A DNA stretch of 57,923 bases, the filler included, from Acidimicrobiia bacterium (GTDB lineage: Bacteria; Actinomycetota; Acidimicrobiia; Spongiisociales; UBA11373), in NCBI GenBank assembly GCA_040878325.1. It is 3 parts of 3 records of this genome, joined end to end, with 100 filler letters (N's around TTAATTAATTAA, not from the genome) between each part and the next. Parts side by side here need not be neighbours in the genome. Positions count along the whole stretch, not along the records: positions 1 to 21,683 come from JBBDMM010000005.1; 2 more parts are not named here. One strand, 5' to 3'. Shown here in pieces: positions 9,343 to 21,543 of this stretch; position 1 is the stretch's first letter, and every line of letters begins with the position of its first letter. The notes under the pieces were generated by a model. The model had not been told where the DNA came from. It saw nothing but the letters and a program-made list of their open reading frames with translations, and did no database searches. The translations under genes and the position numbers were made by a program.

Positions 9343-10095
9343 CTATCCCTCGTCGTCCCACGCCACCTCTGCATCGAACTGCCGCCGCTCGGGTGCGAGG
9401 AAGGCCGTGCTGATCGGTCCGCCGAGTCCGGCGCCTTCGCGTAGCTCCTGAACCCAGGAGGTCAAGAGGGCGACCTCCTCGTTGGCGTGTCGAGACAGGT
9501 CCAAGTCGCCTGAGTCCATAGAGACGAGGTACCGACGTAGCGATGCAACTTCATCGGCATAGTGACCGGATCTCGCGGCGGCCCCGAAGAACTCGAGGCC
9601 ATCCGCAGTGTCCCTAGCCACCACATCGGGGTGCCACATGCCGATCAGTTCTGGGGCGAAGGAGTCCTCGCCGTGGTAGGTAACGAGCAGAACAACGTCG
9701 CCTTCGGGAACGGAGGTCAGGGAATGGGTGCCAAATTCAAGGCGATCTGCGATCGTGAGGACGTCTCCCGGCTGGAGGGTCGGGAATCGAGACCCCGACC
9801 CCCCGAACTGGTACGGAACCGATAGCACCGTGGCGTCCACCAGCCGATCTCCCTCTCGGGGACCGTCTCGGTGCTCACCTAGGTCCACAACGACAACGGC
9901 GTCGGTTGCACTGATGCGATCCATGAGTGCAATCGAGCCGTGGAACCCGCGCTGCGACGCACCCGACCCCTGCAGAACAACCAGGATCGCACCCACGACG
10001 ATGAGCGCAGAAGCGATCAGAACAAGGATGCGGAGCGCTCCACGCTTGTCGGATGCGAGCATGGTCAATTCTCGCTTGTCCATGCAATTGTGCAC
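9343..10095 (-). CDS. Hypothetical membrane-anchored protein
   Basis: 250-aa ORF with one N-terminal hydrophobic helix; no motif recognised; start uncertain. Confidence 0.5.
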   Translation of the reverse strand: MHNCMDKRELTMLASDKRGALRILVLIASALIVVGAILVVLQGSGASQRGFHGSIALMDRISATDAVVVVDLGEHRDGPREGDRLVDATVLSVPYQFGGSGSRFPTLQPGDVLTIADRLEFGTHSLTSVPEGDVVLLVTYHGEDSFAPELIGMWHPDVVARDTADGLEFFGAAARSGHYADEVASLRRYLVSMDSGDLDLSRHANEEVALLTSWVQELREGAGLGGPISTAFLAPERRQFDAEVAWDDEG

Positions 10096-10161
10096 TCTGC
10101 GCTGACGCCAAGAAGCCAGTCGGTGGGCGAGTCCGTCAAAGGCGATGTTGGTCGCTCCGGA

Positions 10162-11055
10162 TCAACCGAGTCCGCGGACTATCCCGTCGAGCAGGTCCGC
10201 TTCGGAAACGGTCACCGAGTCGCGGCCCGACGCCCGTACCGCTTCCCGGGCCACGATCGCTCCGCCCAAGAGCACCGGAGCGCGCTTCGGTTCGAGCGAC
10301 GGGATGGCTGCGGTCTCCTCCACGGTGAGTCCGGCCAAACGGTCGACCAGTCGGTCGAGGTCCGCCATGGTAAGGGTCGACCCGTGCACCGCCTCGCGGT
10401 CGTAGGCGTCGAGGCCGAGCGAGATGGCCGCGAGAGAAGTGAAGGTTCCCGCCACCCCGATGACCCGCGCCGGCACAGCCGGCAAGCGGACCAACCCGAA
10501 TATCTCGGCCACCTCCTCCGTCGCCGCCGTCACCCGGTCGGGCGACGCCGGTCGTTCCGGCAAGAGCCGCTCGGTGAGCCGGACCGAGCCGATGTCGAGG
10601 CTCACTGAATAGTCGGGGCCTCCAGCGCCGAGCACGAACTCGGTGCTTCCCCCGCCCGGGTCGATGACCAAAGTCGGGTGATCGCCCGGGAGGGCGGCGA
10701 CGGCACCGCGAAACGACAGGGCCGCCTCCTCGACGCCGTCGATCAGCTCCGGCTGGAACCCCAAGACCGCGGCAACTCGATCGAGGAATTCGGACCCGTC
10801 CTCGGCGTCACGGGTTGCCGAAGTGGCGACGGCCCGGACCTGCGACACGCCGTGGAAGCGCAGCCGCGCGGAATAGTTCGTGAGCACGGCGAGGGCATGC
10901 TCGACCCGGCCGGGGTCGAAGCGGCCGGTGGCGTCGACGCCGCGGCCGAGTCCGACGATCTCGGTGAGTCGTTCGACATCGACGAGCCTGCCACCAGCCA
11001 GGTCGGCCACGAGAAGGCGGACGGTGTTGGTACCGATATCGATCGCACCCTTCAC
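10162..11055 (-). CDS. ppx: Ppx/GppA family exopolyphosphatase
   Basis: AIDIGTNTVRL, VATSATRDA, IDPGGGSTE, IGSVRLTER, VSEADLLDG; GTG start overlaps the DUF501 stop. Confidence 0.92.
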   Translation of the reverse strand: MKGAIDIGTNTVRLLVADLAGGRLVDVERLTEIVGLGRGVDATGRFDPGRVEHALAVLTNYSARLRFHGVSQVRAVATSATRDAEDGSEFLDRVAAVLGFQPELIDGVEEAALSFRGAVAALPGDHPTLVIDPGGGSTEFVLGAGGPDYSVSLDIGSVRLTERLLPERPASPDRVTAATEEVAEIFGLVRLPAVPARVIGVAGTFTSLAAISLGLDAYDREAVHGSTLTMADLDRLVDRLAGLTVEETAAIPSLEPKRAPVLLGGAIVAREAVRASGRDSVTVSEADLLDGIVRGLG

Positions 11056-11576
11056 GCCGGCTCCCGCCACTCTGGATTGCGGACCGCCCCGCCGTCGGTG
11101 GCGACGACGCATGTGACGGTGCAGTCGAGAGGCTCGACCCAGGGCGTCGTCACCTCCCCAACCGGGTTCGGGTTGCCGGCAGCATGGTCGGCGTAGTGGG
11201 CGTGAAGGCATTTGACGCCCACCCGAGCACCTCCCACTCCCCCACTCGGTCTCGGGTTCGTGCCCTCGGGTACAAGTGCATCTCGTTCGGCGGCATATCG
11301 CTCGTGGGCCTCGTCGAGGCGCCTGCCGAATTCGGGAACCTGCGCCGCCCGGCGCTCCATCGCCGCCACCCCGCCGACGGATTCGATCCGCCCGATCCGC
11401 CGTAGAGCGAGCGGACAGGTCAGCCAGTAGCGAGTGGGAAACGGCGTCCCATCATCGAGAAACGGCGGCACCCCGATGACCACCGGCATCGCCAGATGGC
11501 ACCGCGCCACCACCTCGACCTCGGAACGCACCGAACGCTCGAGTTGGGCTTCAACGAAAGCGCGGTCCTGGTTCAC
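11052..11576 (-). CDS. DUF501 family protein
   Basis: DGTPFPTRYWLTCP, GVGG..VKCLHAH; conserved position after eno-ftsB; start set at GTG 11576. Confidence 0.9.
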   Translation of the reverse strand: MNQDRAFVEAQLERSVRSEVEVVARCHLAMPVVIGVPPFLDDGTPFPTRYWLTCPLALRRIGRIESVGGVAAMERRAAQVPEFGRRLDEAHERYAAERDALVPEGTNPRPSGGVGGARVGVKCLHAHYADHAAGNPNPVGEVTTPWVEPLDCTVTCVVATDGGAVRNPEWREPA

Positions 11577-11596
11577 GGAGACAACAGTAAGGCGGG

Positions 11597-11662
11597 AATC
11601 AAGAGCCAAGAGTCAAGAGAAGTACCGGCTTGCCCAATCGCCAATCGCCAATCGCCAATCGC
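11597..11662. repeat. Heptamer arrays (CAAGAGY)x3 and (CCAATCG)x4
   Basis: Read directly between ftsB and DUF501. Confidence 0.85.
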
Positions 11663-11675
11663 GGCCCCGCGAGGC

Positions 11676-13360
<1,685 letters not shown>

Positions 13361-13427
13361 TCAGATGAAGGTATCACGGGTCATGGGCAAATCGGAAGCA
13401 CCAACTGTTGATCCCGTCGGATGGGAA

Positions 13428-13519
13428 TCAAGAGTCAAGATTCAAGAGTCAAGAGTCAAGATTCAAGAGTCAAGAGTCGTGGGCTTGCCTCTGGTCTTGA
13501 TTCTTGACTCTTGACTCTT
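13428..13519. repeat. Inverted heptamer arrays (TCAAGAK)x7 and (TCTTGAY)x3-4
   Basis: 13428-13478 and 13495-13519 are reverse-complementary and overlap the mazG 3' end. Confidence 0.9.
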
Positions 13520-14938
13520 CTTCGCCTCTTCCCACTTGGCGTCCATCTCGTCCAACGACATCCCTTCCACATCGCCATCGGTCTCGATGGCTCGGAAACG
13601 GTGATCGAAGCGGGTGGTGGCGGCGCGGAGGGCTTGCTCGGGGTCGACGCCGAGACGGCGGGACAGGTTGACCACCGAGAACAAGAGGTCGCCGACTTCT
13701 GATGCGATCTCGTCGGCATCGGCCTGTCTCGCGGCTTCGATCACCTCGGCGATCTCCTCGTGCACCTTGGCGATGACCCCGTCGAGGTCGGGCCAGTCGA
13801 ACCCGACCCCTGCGGCCCGACTCTGGAACTCATAGGCCCGGGCCAGCGCCGGGAGCGCGACCGGGACCCCGTCGAGAAGCGACTCGCGCGCCTTCTCGTC
13901 CTGCTTGAGCCGCTGCCAGTTGGCCATCACGTGCTCGGCGGTGGTCGCGTCGACATCGCCGAACACGTGGGGATGACGGGCGACGAGTTTGCGGCGGATC
14001 GACTCGGCCACCTCCTCCACGCCGAAGATCCCCGCCTCCGACGCCAGCGTCGCGTGGAACACCACCTGCAGCAGCAGGTCGCCCAATTCCTCCTCGAGAT
14101 CGACGTAGCCGGGCACATCCACCTCGCCCCCCGGTGCGCCGGCAGGCAGGGCCTCGATCGCTTCGAGCGCCTCATAGGCCTCCTCGAGCAGATGCTTGGC
14201 CAGGCTGTGGTGGGTCTGCTCGCGATCCCACGGGCACTCCGCCCGCAGCCGAGCATTCGTCTGCACCAGACCCGGCCATCCTGGAGCGGCCACGTCGAGG
14301 AAGAGCGACACCCGCAGACCACAGTGTTCTTCGCGGAGATCCTCGACAGTGAGCACCGTCACCGATTCCTCGGATGCGCCGAGATCGGCCAGCCGGGTGA
14401 TCGGGGTGTCATGCGGCAGCAGCGCGAGCAGCGAGTCGCGCACCGCATCGATGGCACCCTGACCGTCGATCTGGGCGAACACCGTCGGCAGGTGGAGCAG
14501 CAGCGGCGCAGGCAGATCGTGAGCGTCGAGCACCTGCACGCCACGCGCCAGCGGATCCAACCCGACGCGGGCGAAGGTGAGGTCGAGGAACGATTCCCCC
14601 GGATGCAGCTCAATCGAGGGCGCCTCGGCCCGGAGGAGTGCCACCGCCCGCTCCCCCACCAGGGCGCTTCCGGGAACCGCGTAGGTGACCGGGCCTTGGG
14701 CGGCCGCGGCGAGAACCCGGTCGGCGATCGCCCGATAGACCCCTTCGAAGTCGGCTCCGGCTTCGTAGAGGTCGTCGCAGGCGATCACCGGGCGCCGCGC
14801 CGCCAGGTCGGCGGCGGCGGGATGGGCCACCGTCCGGAGAATCAGGGGTACCGCAGGGTCGAGAAGCACGTCGACGACCGACGGGGGAAGACGATCCAGC
14901 CCCGCCGGGCCGAGACCGACGATGCGAACGGTGCTCAC
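13463..14938 (-). CDS. mazG: YabN-like tetrapyrrole-methylase-like/MazG nucleoside triphosphate pyrophosphohydrolase
   Basis: N-terminal IVGLGP; ECPWDREQTH, EELGDLLLQVVFH, RHPHVFG, GFDW, EVGDLLF; GTG start overlaps the upstream stop. Confidence 0.92.
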   Translation of the reverse strand: MSTVRIVGLGPAGLDRLPPSVVDVLLDPAVPLILRTVAHPAAADLAARRPVIACDDLYEAGADFEGVYRAIADRVLAAAAQGPVTYAVPGSALVGERAVALLRAEAPSIELHPGESFLDLTFARVGLDPLARGVQVLDAHDLPAPLLLHLPTVFAQIDGQGAIDAVRDSLLALLPHDTPITRLADLGASEESVTVLTVEDLREEHCGLRVSLFLDVAAPGWPGLVQTNARLRAECPWDREQTHHSLAKHLLEEAYEALEAIEALPAGAPGGEVDVPGYVDLEEELGDLLLQVVFHATLASEAGIFGVEEVAESIRRKLVARHPHVFGDVDATTAEHVMANWQRLKQDEKARESLLDGVPVALPALARAYEFQSRAAGVGFDWPDLDGVIAKVHEEIAEVIEAARQADADEIASEVGDLLFSVVNLSRRLGVDPEQALRAATTRFDHRFRAIETDGDVEGMSLDEMDAKWEEAKKSQESRIKTRGKPTTLDS

Positions 14939-15822
14939 TCGCTTGGCGGCAGGATCCCGAAGGCGGTCCACGACCCGTACTTCGGGTCGAGCTCGACCAC
15001 CGCGTCCTGGAGGTGCTGGGAGAGCCAGGCGGTCCACAGTTCGTTCACGTCGGCCGCAGCCATGTAGTCACGCGGGTTGGCGGCCACCTCTTCGGGGGTC
15101 GCGGTGGTGCGTTCGCGGACCAGCATGATGTGGTACCCGAACTGCGACTGCGAGGGGCCCACCGGCTCACCCAATGGGGCTTCGAGTGTGGCCACCGCGA
15201 ACTCGGCAACATATTGGTTGGCGAGGCGACAACCCAGATCGCCTTCCGGCGACGAGTCGGTTGAGATCTCGGTAGCAAGGGCCCCGAAGTCCTCCCCGTC
15301 CTCGAGGCGATCGAGTGCTTCCTGTGCATCCTCGATCGTGGTCAAGAGGATATGGCTGACGCACACGGTCGTGATCGCCGCGGGGTCGGCGAGGATCGCC
15401 TCCGCAAGCGCAGGATCGGAGGTGAGGTTGCGCTGGGCGGCTTCGCGCAATACCGCCACCTCGGCGTTGTGGCGCAGCATCTCGGGCCCGGCGTTCGGCA
15501 CACCCAGATACTCGGCCGGTTGCAGGCCCTCGGCCTCCATCTGATCGACCATCGCCTGGTGGACGCCGTCGATCTCCGTCTCGTCCAACTCCTCGCCGAA
15601 CTCGGCTCGAAGGGCGTCGACCAGGACGACCTTGGCGATCATCCCGAACAGCGTGGAACGCACCCCGGCGTCAATCGTCAGTGAATCCGTGTTGTACAGG
15701 TCGCCGAGGTCGCCTTCGGCGATCACAGTGTCACCGACGACGGCGACCTGCGCTCCCGAGCCGCTCGAACAGGCGGCGGCGACGACAGCAAGGGCAATTA
15801 TGAAGGTCAGGGTGCGGCGCAA
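14935..15822 (-). CDS. Parvulin-type peptidylprolyl isomerase lipoprotein (PrsA/SurA-like)
   Basis: Lipobox AAAC; VSHILL, GEDFGALA, GDLG, SQFGYHI. Confidence 0.85.
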   Translation of the reverse strand: MRRTLTFIIALAVVAAACSSGSGAQVAVVGDTVIAEGDLGDLYNTDSLTIDAGVRSTLFGMIAKVVLVDALRAEFGEELDETEIDGVHQAMVDQMEAEGLQPAEYLGVPNAGPEMLRHNAEVAVLREAAQRNLTSDPALAEAILADPAAITTVCVSHILLTTIEDAQEALDRLEDGEDFGALATEISTDSSPEGDLGCRLANQYVAEFAVATLEAPLGEPVGPSQSQFGYHIMLVRERTTATPEEVAANPRDYMAAADVNELWTAWLSQHLQDAVVELDPKYGSWTAFGILPPSE

Positions 15823-15826
15823 GGGT

Positions 15827-18800
15827 TCATCCGTCTTCGGGGGGCCACATTGTACGAACGAAGTCGGCCAGCCGCGCCGCAGGCGCCTCGGGCGGCAGCG
15901 GAAGGAACAGCGACCGGTCCCGCATCACGGCCCGGCTCGAGACTCGCTCGAGTCGCACCTCCTGCGATGCCGTCAGCGTGATGGGGGCCAGGCGCACCTC
16001 GCGCCGCATCGCGACGATCTCGGTGATCCCCACCCGCAACGCCTCGACCCGGAGCCGGGCGATCTCGATGAGCACCCGCGCCCTTTCGGGAAGGGCTCCG
16101 TAGCGGTCCTCCCACTCGACCACCACATCGTCGATCAAGTCGTTGGTCGTCGCCGCGGCGAGGCGCCGGTAGGCCTCGAGGCGGGCGTCCTGGTCGGGCA
16201 CGTAATCGTCGGGGAGATGCGCCTCGACGGGTAACTCGATCCGAACCTCGGCCGTGGGCTTCTCGCGGCTCGCCCCGGTCTGGAGCTCCTCCACCGCCTC
16301 GGCGACCAGCTCGATGTAGAGATCGAAGCCGACCGCGCTGATGTGACCCGACTGAACGTTGCCGAGCACGCTGCCCGCACCGCGGATCTCGAGATCACGC
16401 AGCGCGAGCTGAAACCCCGAGCCGAGGTCGCTGAACTCTCCGATCGCCTCGAGACGCCGGTATGCCTCCTCGGTGAGCCGCTGCTCCTCCGGATGGAACA
16501 AGTAGGCGTATGCCCGCTGGGATGAACGGCCCACCCGACCGCGCAGCTGATACAACTGGGCGAGCCCCAGCAGGTCGGAGCGCTCCACGATGAGGGTGTT
16601 CACCTGGGGAAGGTCGAGTCCGGACTCGATGATCGTGGTGGCCACCAGCACGTCGTACTCCCCGTTCCAAAAGTCGAGCATCACCTGCTCCAACTGGCCC
16701 TCACTCATCTGCCCGTGAGCGATGGCGTATCGCGCCTCGGGCACCAGCGCCCGCAACCGGGTAAGCGCATGGTCGATCGACTGGATGCGGTTGTGCACGT
16801 AGAACACCTGCCCCTCACGCAGCATCTCGCGCCGGATGGCCGCCGACACCGTCAACTCGTCGTAGGCGCCGACGAAGGTGAGGATCGGGTGGCGGTCCTC
16901 GGGAGGTGTCGAGATGCGGCTCACGGTGCGGATGCCGGTGAGGGCCATCTCGAGGGTCCGCGGAATCGGGGTGGCGGTGAGGGTGAGCACGTCCACCGAA
17001 GACCGCAGCGCCTTGATCTGATCCTTGGCAGTCACCCCGAACCGCTGCTCCTCATCGACGACGAGCAGACCCAGGTCGCGAAAGGCGATGTCGTCGCTGA
17101 GGAGACGGTGGGTGCCGATGACGATGTCGACACTGCCATCCCGTATTGCCTGGACGACCGCCTTCTGCTGCTGGGGAGTCAGAAAGCGACTGAGCATCTC
17201 GACCCGCACCGGATAACCGGCGAGCCGCTCCGAGAACACCTGAAAGTGCTGCTGCGCCAGCAGGGTGGTGGGCACCAGCACCGCCACCTGCTTGGGTTCT
17301 TGCGCTGCCTTGAAGGCCGCCCGGATCGCCACCTCCGTCTTACCGAAGCCGACGTCGCCGAACACCAGGCGGTCCATCGGCGAATCCGACTCCATGTCGG
17401 CCTTCACATCGGCGATGGCCGTCAACTGGTCGGGAGTCTCCTCGAACGGGAAGGATGCCTCCACCTCGCGCTGCCACGGCGTGTCCGGCCCGAAGGCGAC
17501 CCCGGCGATGCTCGCCCGGCGGCGGTGGAGGGCGACCACTTCCTCGGCGACCGCCGCCACCGCCTTGCGCACCTTGCCCCGGGTGCGCTCCCAATCCGCC
17601 CCACCCATCCGGCTCAGCCGGGGCGACTCGCCCCCGGTGTACGGCCTCACTGCCGCCAACTGATCGGTCGGAACGTAGAGGCGGTCCTGGCCGGCGTAGG
17701 CGATCAGCAGATAGTCGCGTTCGATGCCGCCGAGCCGGTTGGTGACCAACCCTTCGAATCGACCGATCCCGTGGTGGTGGTGGACGACAAAGTCGCCGGG
17801 GCGCAGATCTCCGTAGGACGGGGAGACCTCTCGCGGGACGGCATGTGCCCGACGGTGGGACCGCCGGCGGCCGGCTATCTCCTGCTCGCCGAGCACCGCC
17901 ACCCCCAGGTCGGGGGAGACGAATCCCCGATGGATCCCGCGGGAGATGACGGCGGACCCCTTGCTCGAATCTCGGGGGAGCACCAGGCCCTCCTCCGCCA
18001 GGACCCGCGCCACCCGGTCGGCCGGTCCCTCCCCGTCCATCGCGACGACGACCCGAATCCCCTTGGCCACCAGGCGGCCGATCCCGGCGGCAACCGATTC
18101 CGGATTGCCCGGTTCGGCGTCGAACCCCCCGATCGTGAGCGCCTCCTCGCCGGGGCGAGCGGCGATCGCCGGGGCCTCGAGCAGTCGGTCGGGCGGAAGG
18201 GCGGCGTCCAGTGGAAGGAACAGATCGGGGTGTTCGCCCGCCTCGGGGGCGCCGGTGCCCCACGTCGGCGCCAGGACGACGGCGAGTTCCGTCTCTTCGC
18301 GGGTCAGGTCGAGAGCACGATCGTGTGCCCGCGGCGGCTCGAACAGCACCACGGTCGACCGGGCCTCATCGATCGCGGAGACCTCGTCCGCCAGCCACGG
18401 AAGCCACGACTCGATGCCAGGGAACGAGGCACCCTGGGCGATCCGATCCCAGGTGGAGGCGGCCCATGGCTCGCGGTCGACGAGGGCCCGGGCCCTCTCC
18501 GCCAGCTCGGGGCCGGGACGAACCTCACGGGCCGGGAAGGCCGTCACCCGCGGCAGCTTCTCTGCCGACCGCTGGGTCGTGACCGACACCGTGGTGATCT
18601 CCTCCACCCGATCGCCCCAGAAGTCGATCCGCACCGGTTCCCGACCCTGCGCCGGGTACAGATCGATGATCCCGCCGCGGACCGCGAACTCACCGCGAGT
18701 CTCCACCCGGTCGGTGCGGTCGTAGCCGGCTTCGGCGAGCCGGTTCACGAGCGAGTCGAAGTCGACCTCGTCGCCAACCGAGAGGACCACCGGGTCGGTC

Positions 18801-19174
18801 GGCGAGGGCGAGACACGCTGGATCGCCGCCCGCACCGAGGCGACCACCACCACCCCTGCCCCACCGGTCCGCAGCGCATGGCGCGCCGCCGCCCGGGCGG
18901 CCATGGTGCCGACGTTCGGCGACACGTGCTCGAAGGGCAGGGTCTCCCAGGCCGGCAGGAAAAGGGAGTCGGAGACGAAGAGCTCGACATCGTCGGCGAG
19001 ATCCTCGGCGTCACGCTCGCCGGGGACCAGGGCAAGCACCGGCCCGTCGGCCCGGGCGGCCAGTCCGGCAAGAAAGAGGGCGCGCAAGGGCGCCGGCACC
19101 ACCAGGTGCCCGGGGGTATCGATCGGTTGCCGGTCGCGCCAAACGGCGGCCAGCGCCTCGAGCGGGGCCGTCAC
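15827..19174 (-). CDS. mfd: Transcription-repair coupling factor
   Basis: [67 protein letters not shown]; start set at GTG 19174 (TACTCT -10 box upstream). Confidence 0.97.
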   Translation of the reverse strand: MTAPLEALAAVWRDRQPIDTPGHLVVPAPLRALFLAGLAARADGPVLALVPGERDAEDLADDVELFVSDSLFLPAWETLPFEHVSPNVGTMAARAAARHALRTGGAGVVVVASVRAAIQRVSPSPTDPVVLSVGDEVDFDSLVNRLAEAGYDRTDRVETRGEFAVRGGIIDLYPAQGREPVRIDFWGDRVEEITTVSVTTQRSAEKLPRVTAFPAREVRPGPELAERARALVDREPWAASTWDRIAQGASFPGIESWLPWLADEVSAIDEARSTVVLFEPPRAHDRALDLTREETELAVVLAPTWGTGAPEAGEHPDLFLPLDAALPPDRLLEAPAIAARPGEEALTIGGFDAEPGNPESVAAGIGRLVAKGIRVVVAMDGEGPADRVARVLAEEGLVLPRDSSKGSAVISRGIHRGFVSPDLGVAVLGEQEIAGRRRSHRRAHAVPREVSPSYGDLRPGDFVVHHHHGIGRFEGLVTNRLGGIERDYLLIAYAGQDRLYVPTDQLAAVRPYTGGESPRLSRMGGADWERTRGKVRKAVAAVAEEVVALHRRRASIAGVAFGPDTPWQREVEASFPFEETPDQLTAIADVKADMESDSPMDRLVFGDVGFGKTEVAIRAAFKAAQEPKQVAVLVPTTLLAQQHFQVFSERLAGYPVRVEMLSRFLTPQQQKAVVQAIRDGSVDIVIGTHRLLSDDIAFRDLGLLVVDEEQRFGVTAKDQIKALRSSVDVLTLTATPIPRTLEMALTGIRTVSRISTPPEDRHPILTFVGAYDELTVSAAIRREMLREGQVFYVHNRIQSIDHALTRLRALVPEARYAIAHGQMSEGQLEQVMLDFWNGEYDVLVATTIIESGLDLPQVNTLIVERSDLLGLAQLYQLRGRVGRSSQRAYAYLFHPEEQRLTEEAYRRLEAIGEFSDLGSGFQLALRDLEIRGAGSVLGNVQSGHISAVGFDLYIELVAEAVEELQTGASREKPTAEVRIELPVEAHLPDDYVPDQDARLEAYRRLAAATTNDLIDDVVVEWEDRYGALPERARVLIEIARLRVEALRVGITEIVAMRREVRLAPITLTASQEVRLERVSSRAVMRDRSLFLPLPPEAPAARLADFVRTMWPPEDG

Positions 19175-19194
19175 GCGAGCAAGAGTAGGGGGAC

Positions 19195-19331
19195 GCGCGA
19201 TGAGCCTGCGCGTGGCGGGGTTCCTCGCAATCCGCAATGCGCGGCGCGTGGCGGGGTTCCTCGCGATGGGCGATGCGCCGCGCGTGAAGGGTGTCTCGCG
19301 TTGCGCATTGCGCATCGCGGGACTGCGCATC
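19195..19331. repeat. 36-bp-period direct repeat plus ATGCGCG-type heptamers upstream of mfd
   Basis: GCGCGTGGCGGGGTTCCTCGCRAT at 19208 and 19244; TTGCGCATTGCGCATCGCG at 19301. Confidence 0.75.
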
Positions 19332-19356
19332 CCGCCTCGGGAGAGTCCCGAGAGTC

Positions 19357-20334
19357 TCACGACCGGGGCAGCAGTCCCTGGCTCCGATACCACTCCACCG
19401 TGCGTGCCAGCCACTCCTCCGGGGGGGTGTAGCGGAGGCCCAGGTCCCTTTCGGCCTTGCTGCCGTCGAAGACGTGGGCGTGGTGAACCTCGCGGGCCAT
19501 CGCCCGGCACACGGGTGGTTTCTTGCCCACGGCTCGCCACAGCACCTCGGTGACGGTCGCTGCGGCGGTCAGGGTCCATGCGGGGAGGTAGCGGATCCGT
19601 TGATCCACTCCTGCGACCCGGCCGAGCACCTCCACCGCCTCCTCGATGGTGGGCGACCAGCCGTTCACCAGGTACCGCTCACCGGGGACCCCGACCTGTT
19701 CAGCCAGCAGGTGCGCCGACACCGCATCGTCGACGAACACGAGCGGAAGGCGGGTGCGGACCGCCCAACGGAGCTTCCCGTTGAGGAACCCGATGAAGAG
19801 CCGGGCGGTCCCGTGGGTGCGACCCGGCCCCTGCACCGACGACGGGTTGACCGCCACCAGATCGATTCCCATGCTGGCGGCATCGGAAAACGCCACCTGT
19901 TCGGCCTCGCGCTTGGATCGGGCGTAGGCAGATTGGTGATGCCCCTGGTGCTCGGTGGCCTCGGTACCGACCGTCCCGCGTTCCTCTCCGATCGTGGCGG
20001 CCGAGGAGGTGTGCACGATGCGACCCACCCCCTCTCGCCCCGCCGCGGCGATCACCGTCCGGGTACCGGCGACATTGACCTCGAGGCGTTTCGGATCACA
20101 CATCGCCACCTCACCGGCGGTGTGATAGAGCGTGCTGCACCCACGCAGGCTTCGGGCCCAATCGCCCGGTTTCAGTAGATCGCCGCGTACTGCCTCCGCC
20201 CCGGCCGCGACCACGACCCCCTCCCCCTCGTCGGAGCGGACCAGAGCGCGCACATGCCGTCCGTCGGCGACGAGCCGGCGCAACACCGCCCCGCCGACGA
20301 AGCCCGAGCCACCGGTGATGAAAACGTCAGGCAC
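19357..20334 (-). CDS. NAD-dependent epimerase/dehydratase (extended SDR, dihydroflavonol reductase-like)
   Basis: TGGSGFVG, HTSSAA, YARSK, VNPSSVQGP. Confidence 0.88.
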   Translation of the reverse strand: MPDVFITGGSGFVGGAVLRRLVADGRHVRALVRSDEGEGVVVAAGAEAVRGDLLKPGDWARSLRGCSTLYHTAGEVAMCDPKRLEVNVAGTRTVIAAAGREGVGRIVHTSSAATIGEERGTVGTEATEHQGHHQSAYARSKREAEQVAFSDAASMGIDLVAVNPSSVQGPGRTHGTARLFIGFLNGKLRWAVRTRLPLVFVDDAVSAHLLAEQVGVPGERYLVNGWSPTIEEAVEVLGRVAGVDQRIRYLPAWTLTAAATVTEVLWRAVGKKPPVCRAMAREVHHAHVFDGSKAERDLGLRYTPPEEWLARTVEWYRSQGLLPRS

Positions 20335-20881
20335 TGACGCGGTTGGACCGCAGCACCCGGGCGAAGCGACTGAAGTACTCGAAACCCGACATGACCGTCA
20401 CCGCCACCGCGGCGAGCATTGCCCACTCATCCGGATGGAGCCCGCCGTAAGTCTCGGGCACCCGCAGCAGGGCGAGGAAGATCGCCATGAACTGGACGTT
20501 GACCTTGATCTTTCCCCAGATCGATGGAGGGACGGAGACCCCATCCATCGCGGCCACCCCGCGAAGGCCCGAGACCGCGATCTCCCGCCCGATGATGATG
20601 AACGCCGCCCACGCCCAGGCACGATCGGCGGCTACCAGGCCACACAACGCACCGGTCACCATCAGCTTGTCGGCGATCGAGTCGAGGAAGCCGCCAAGGG
20701 TGGTGGTGATCTTCCATCGGCGTGCCAGGTACCCGTCGAGGAAATCGGTGAGCGAAGCCACCGCGATCAGCACCGCGGCGATTCCGAACGCATGATCCAC
20801 CGAGTCGCGGGCGAGGATGATCCCAAGAATCCCCGGAACCAGGAGAATCCGCAGATACGCCAGGCGGTCGGGAACCGAAAT
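20327..20881 (-). CDS. pgsA: CDP-diacylglycerol--glycerol-3-phosphate 3-phosphatidyltransferase (probable ATT start)
   Basis: TDFLDGYLARR..TTLGGFLDSIADK CDP-alcohol phosphatidyltransferase motif; IIIGREIAVSGLR; GKIK. Confidence 0.88.
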   Translation of the reverse strand: MSVPDRLAYLRILLVPGILGIILARDSVDHAFGIAAVLIAVASLTDFLDGYLARRWKITTTLGGFLDSIADKLMVTGALCGLVAADRAWAWAAFIIIGREIAVSGLRGVAAMDGVSVPPSIWGKIKVNVQFMAIFLALLRVPETYGGLHPDEWAMLAAVAVTVMSGFEYFSRFARVLRSNRVSA

Positions 20882-20915
20882 GTGTGACCTCCGGGTGCGT
20901 GCGAGCGCAATGGTA

Positions 20916-21026
20916 GAGCCAAGAGCCAAGACGCCAAGAGCCAAGACGCGGCTCGGCCCGCCTTAAGGCGGGCCGAGCCTATGAGTGTCTTGAGTCTTGA
21001 ATCTTGATTCTCGACTCTTGACTCTC
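20916..21026. repeat. Heptamer-type arrays flanking a 30-bp perfect palindrome
   Basis: GCCAAGA-type units at 20916-20948; GGCTCGGCCCGCCTTAAGGCGGGCCGAGCC at 20950-20979; TCTTGAN units at 20987-21026. Confidence 0.85.
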
Positions 21027-21027
21027 T

Positions 21028-21483
21028 TTACGCTGCGAAGCGGTCGCGGAAAGTGCGCACCTCGTCGTGGGCCGCCTTGACCTCGGCGGCCTGCCGGGCG
21101 ACAACGGCGTTCGCGGCCTCTCCCAGCTCGGCACTGGTGAGTGCCTTCTCGAATTCGGCGACGGCGTGATCCTCGCCGGACTCTGCGGCCGACAGCACCG
21201 CCGAAGGGTCATCCCCGGTCAGGGCGTCGGCGAGGGTGAGCCATCCACGATGGAGCGCACCCGCCATCGAGCCGGCTTCCTTGATCTCGACGCCTTCGCG
21301 GGCAGCCAGGTCGCGGAGTTCCTGCGAGAAGCGCGCCCGCTCCTGCGAGAATTCGCGCATCCGGCCGGCGATATCGGTTCGCCCATCCTTCTCCAGGCGT
21401 TCCGCCGCCTTCTCGAAGCCCTTCTTGCCGTCTTCGAGGGTCTCGATCAGGTCCTCGAGCACGTTGACGTTCTCAGATTGCAT
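21028..21483 (-). CDS. PA2169/DUF2383 family ferritin-like four-helix-bundle protein
   Basis: LIETLEDGKKGF, GSMAGALHRGW, AESGEDHA; GGAGG RBS. Confidence 0.88.
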   Translation of the reverse strand: MQSENVNVLEDLIETLEDGKKGFEKAAERLEKDGRTDIAGRMREFSQERARFSQELRDLAAREGVEIKEAGSMAGALHRGWLTLADALTGDDPSAVLSAAESGEDHAVAEFEKALTSAELGEAANAVVARQAAEVKAAHDEVRTFRDRFAA

Positions 21484-21543
21484 GTGGTGCGACCTCCGGT
21501 AGTGAACCTGGGGTCTATCCGATCCGCCGCGGGACGAAACCGG

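Noticed and set aside
16715..19432. 905-aa plus-strand ORF
   Set aside because: Antisense shadow of mfd in high-GC DNA with no recognisable motifs
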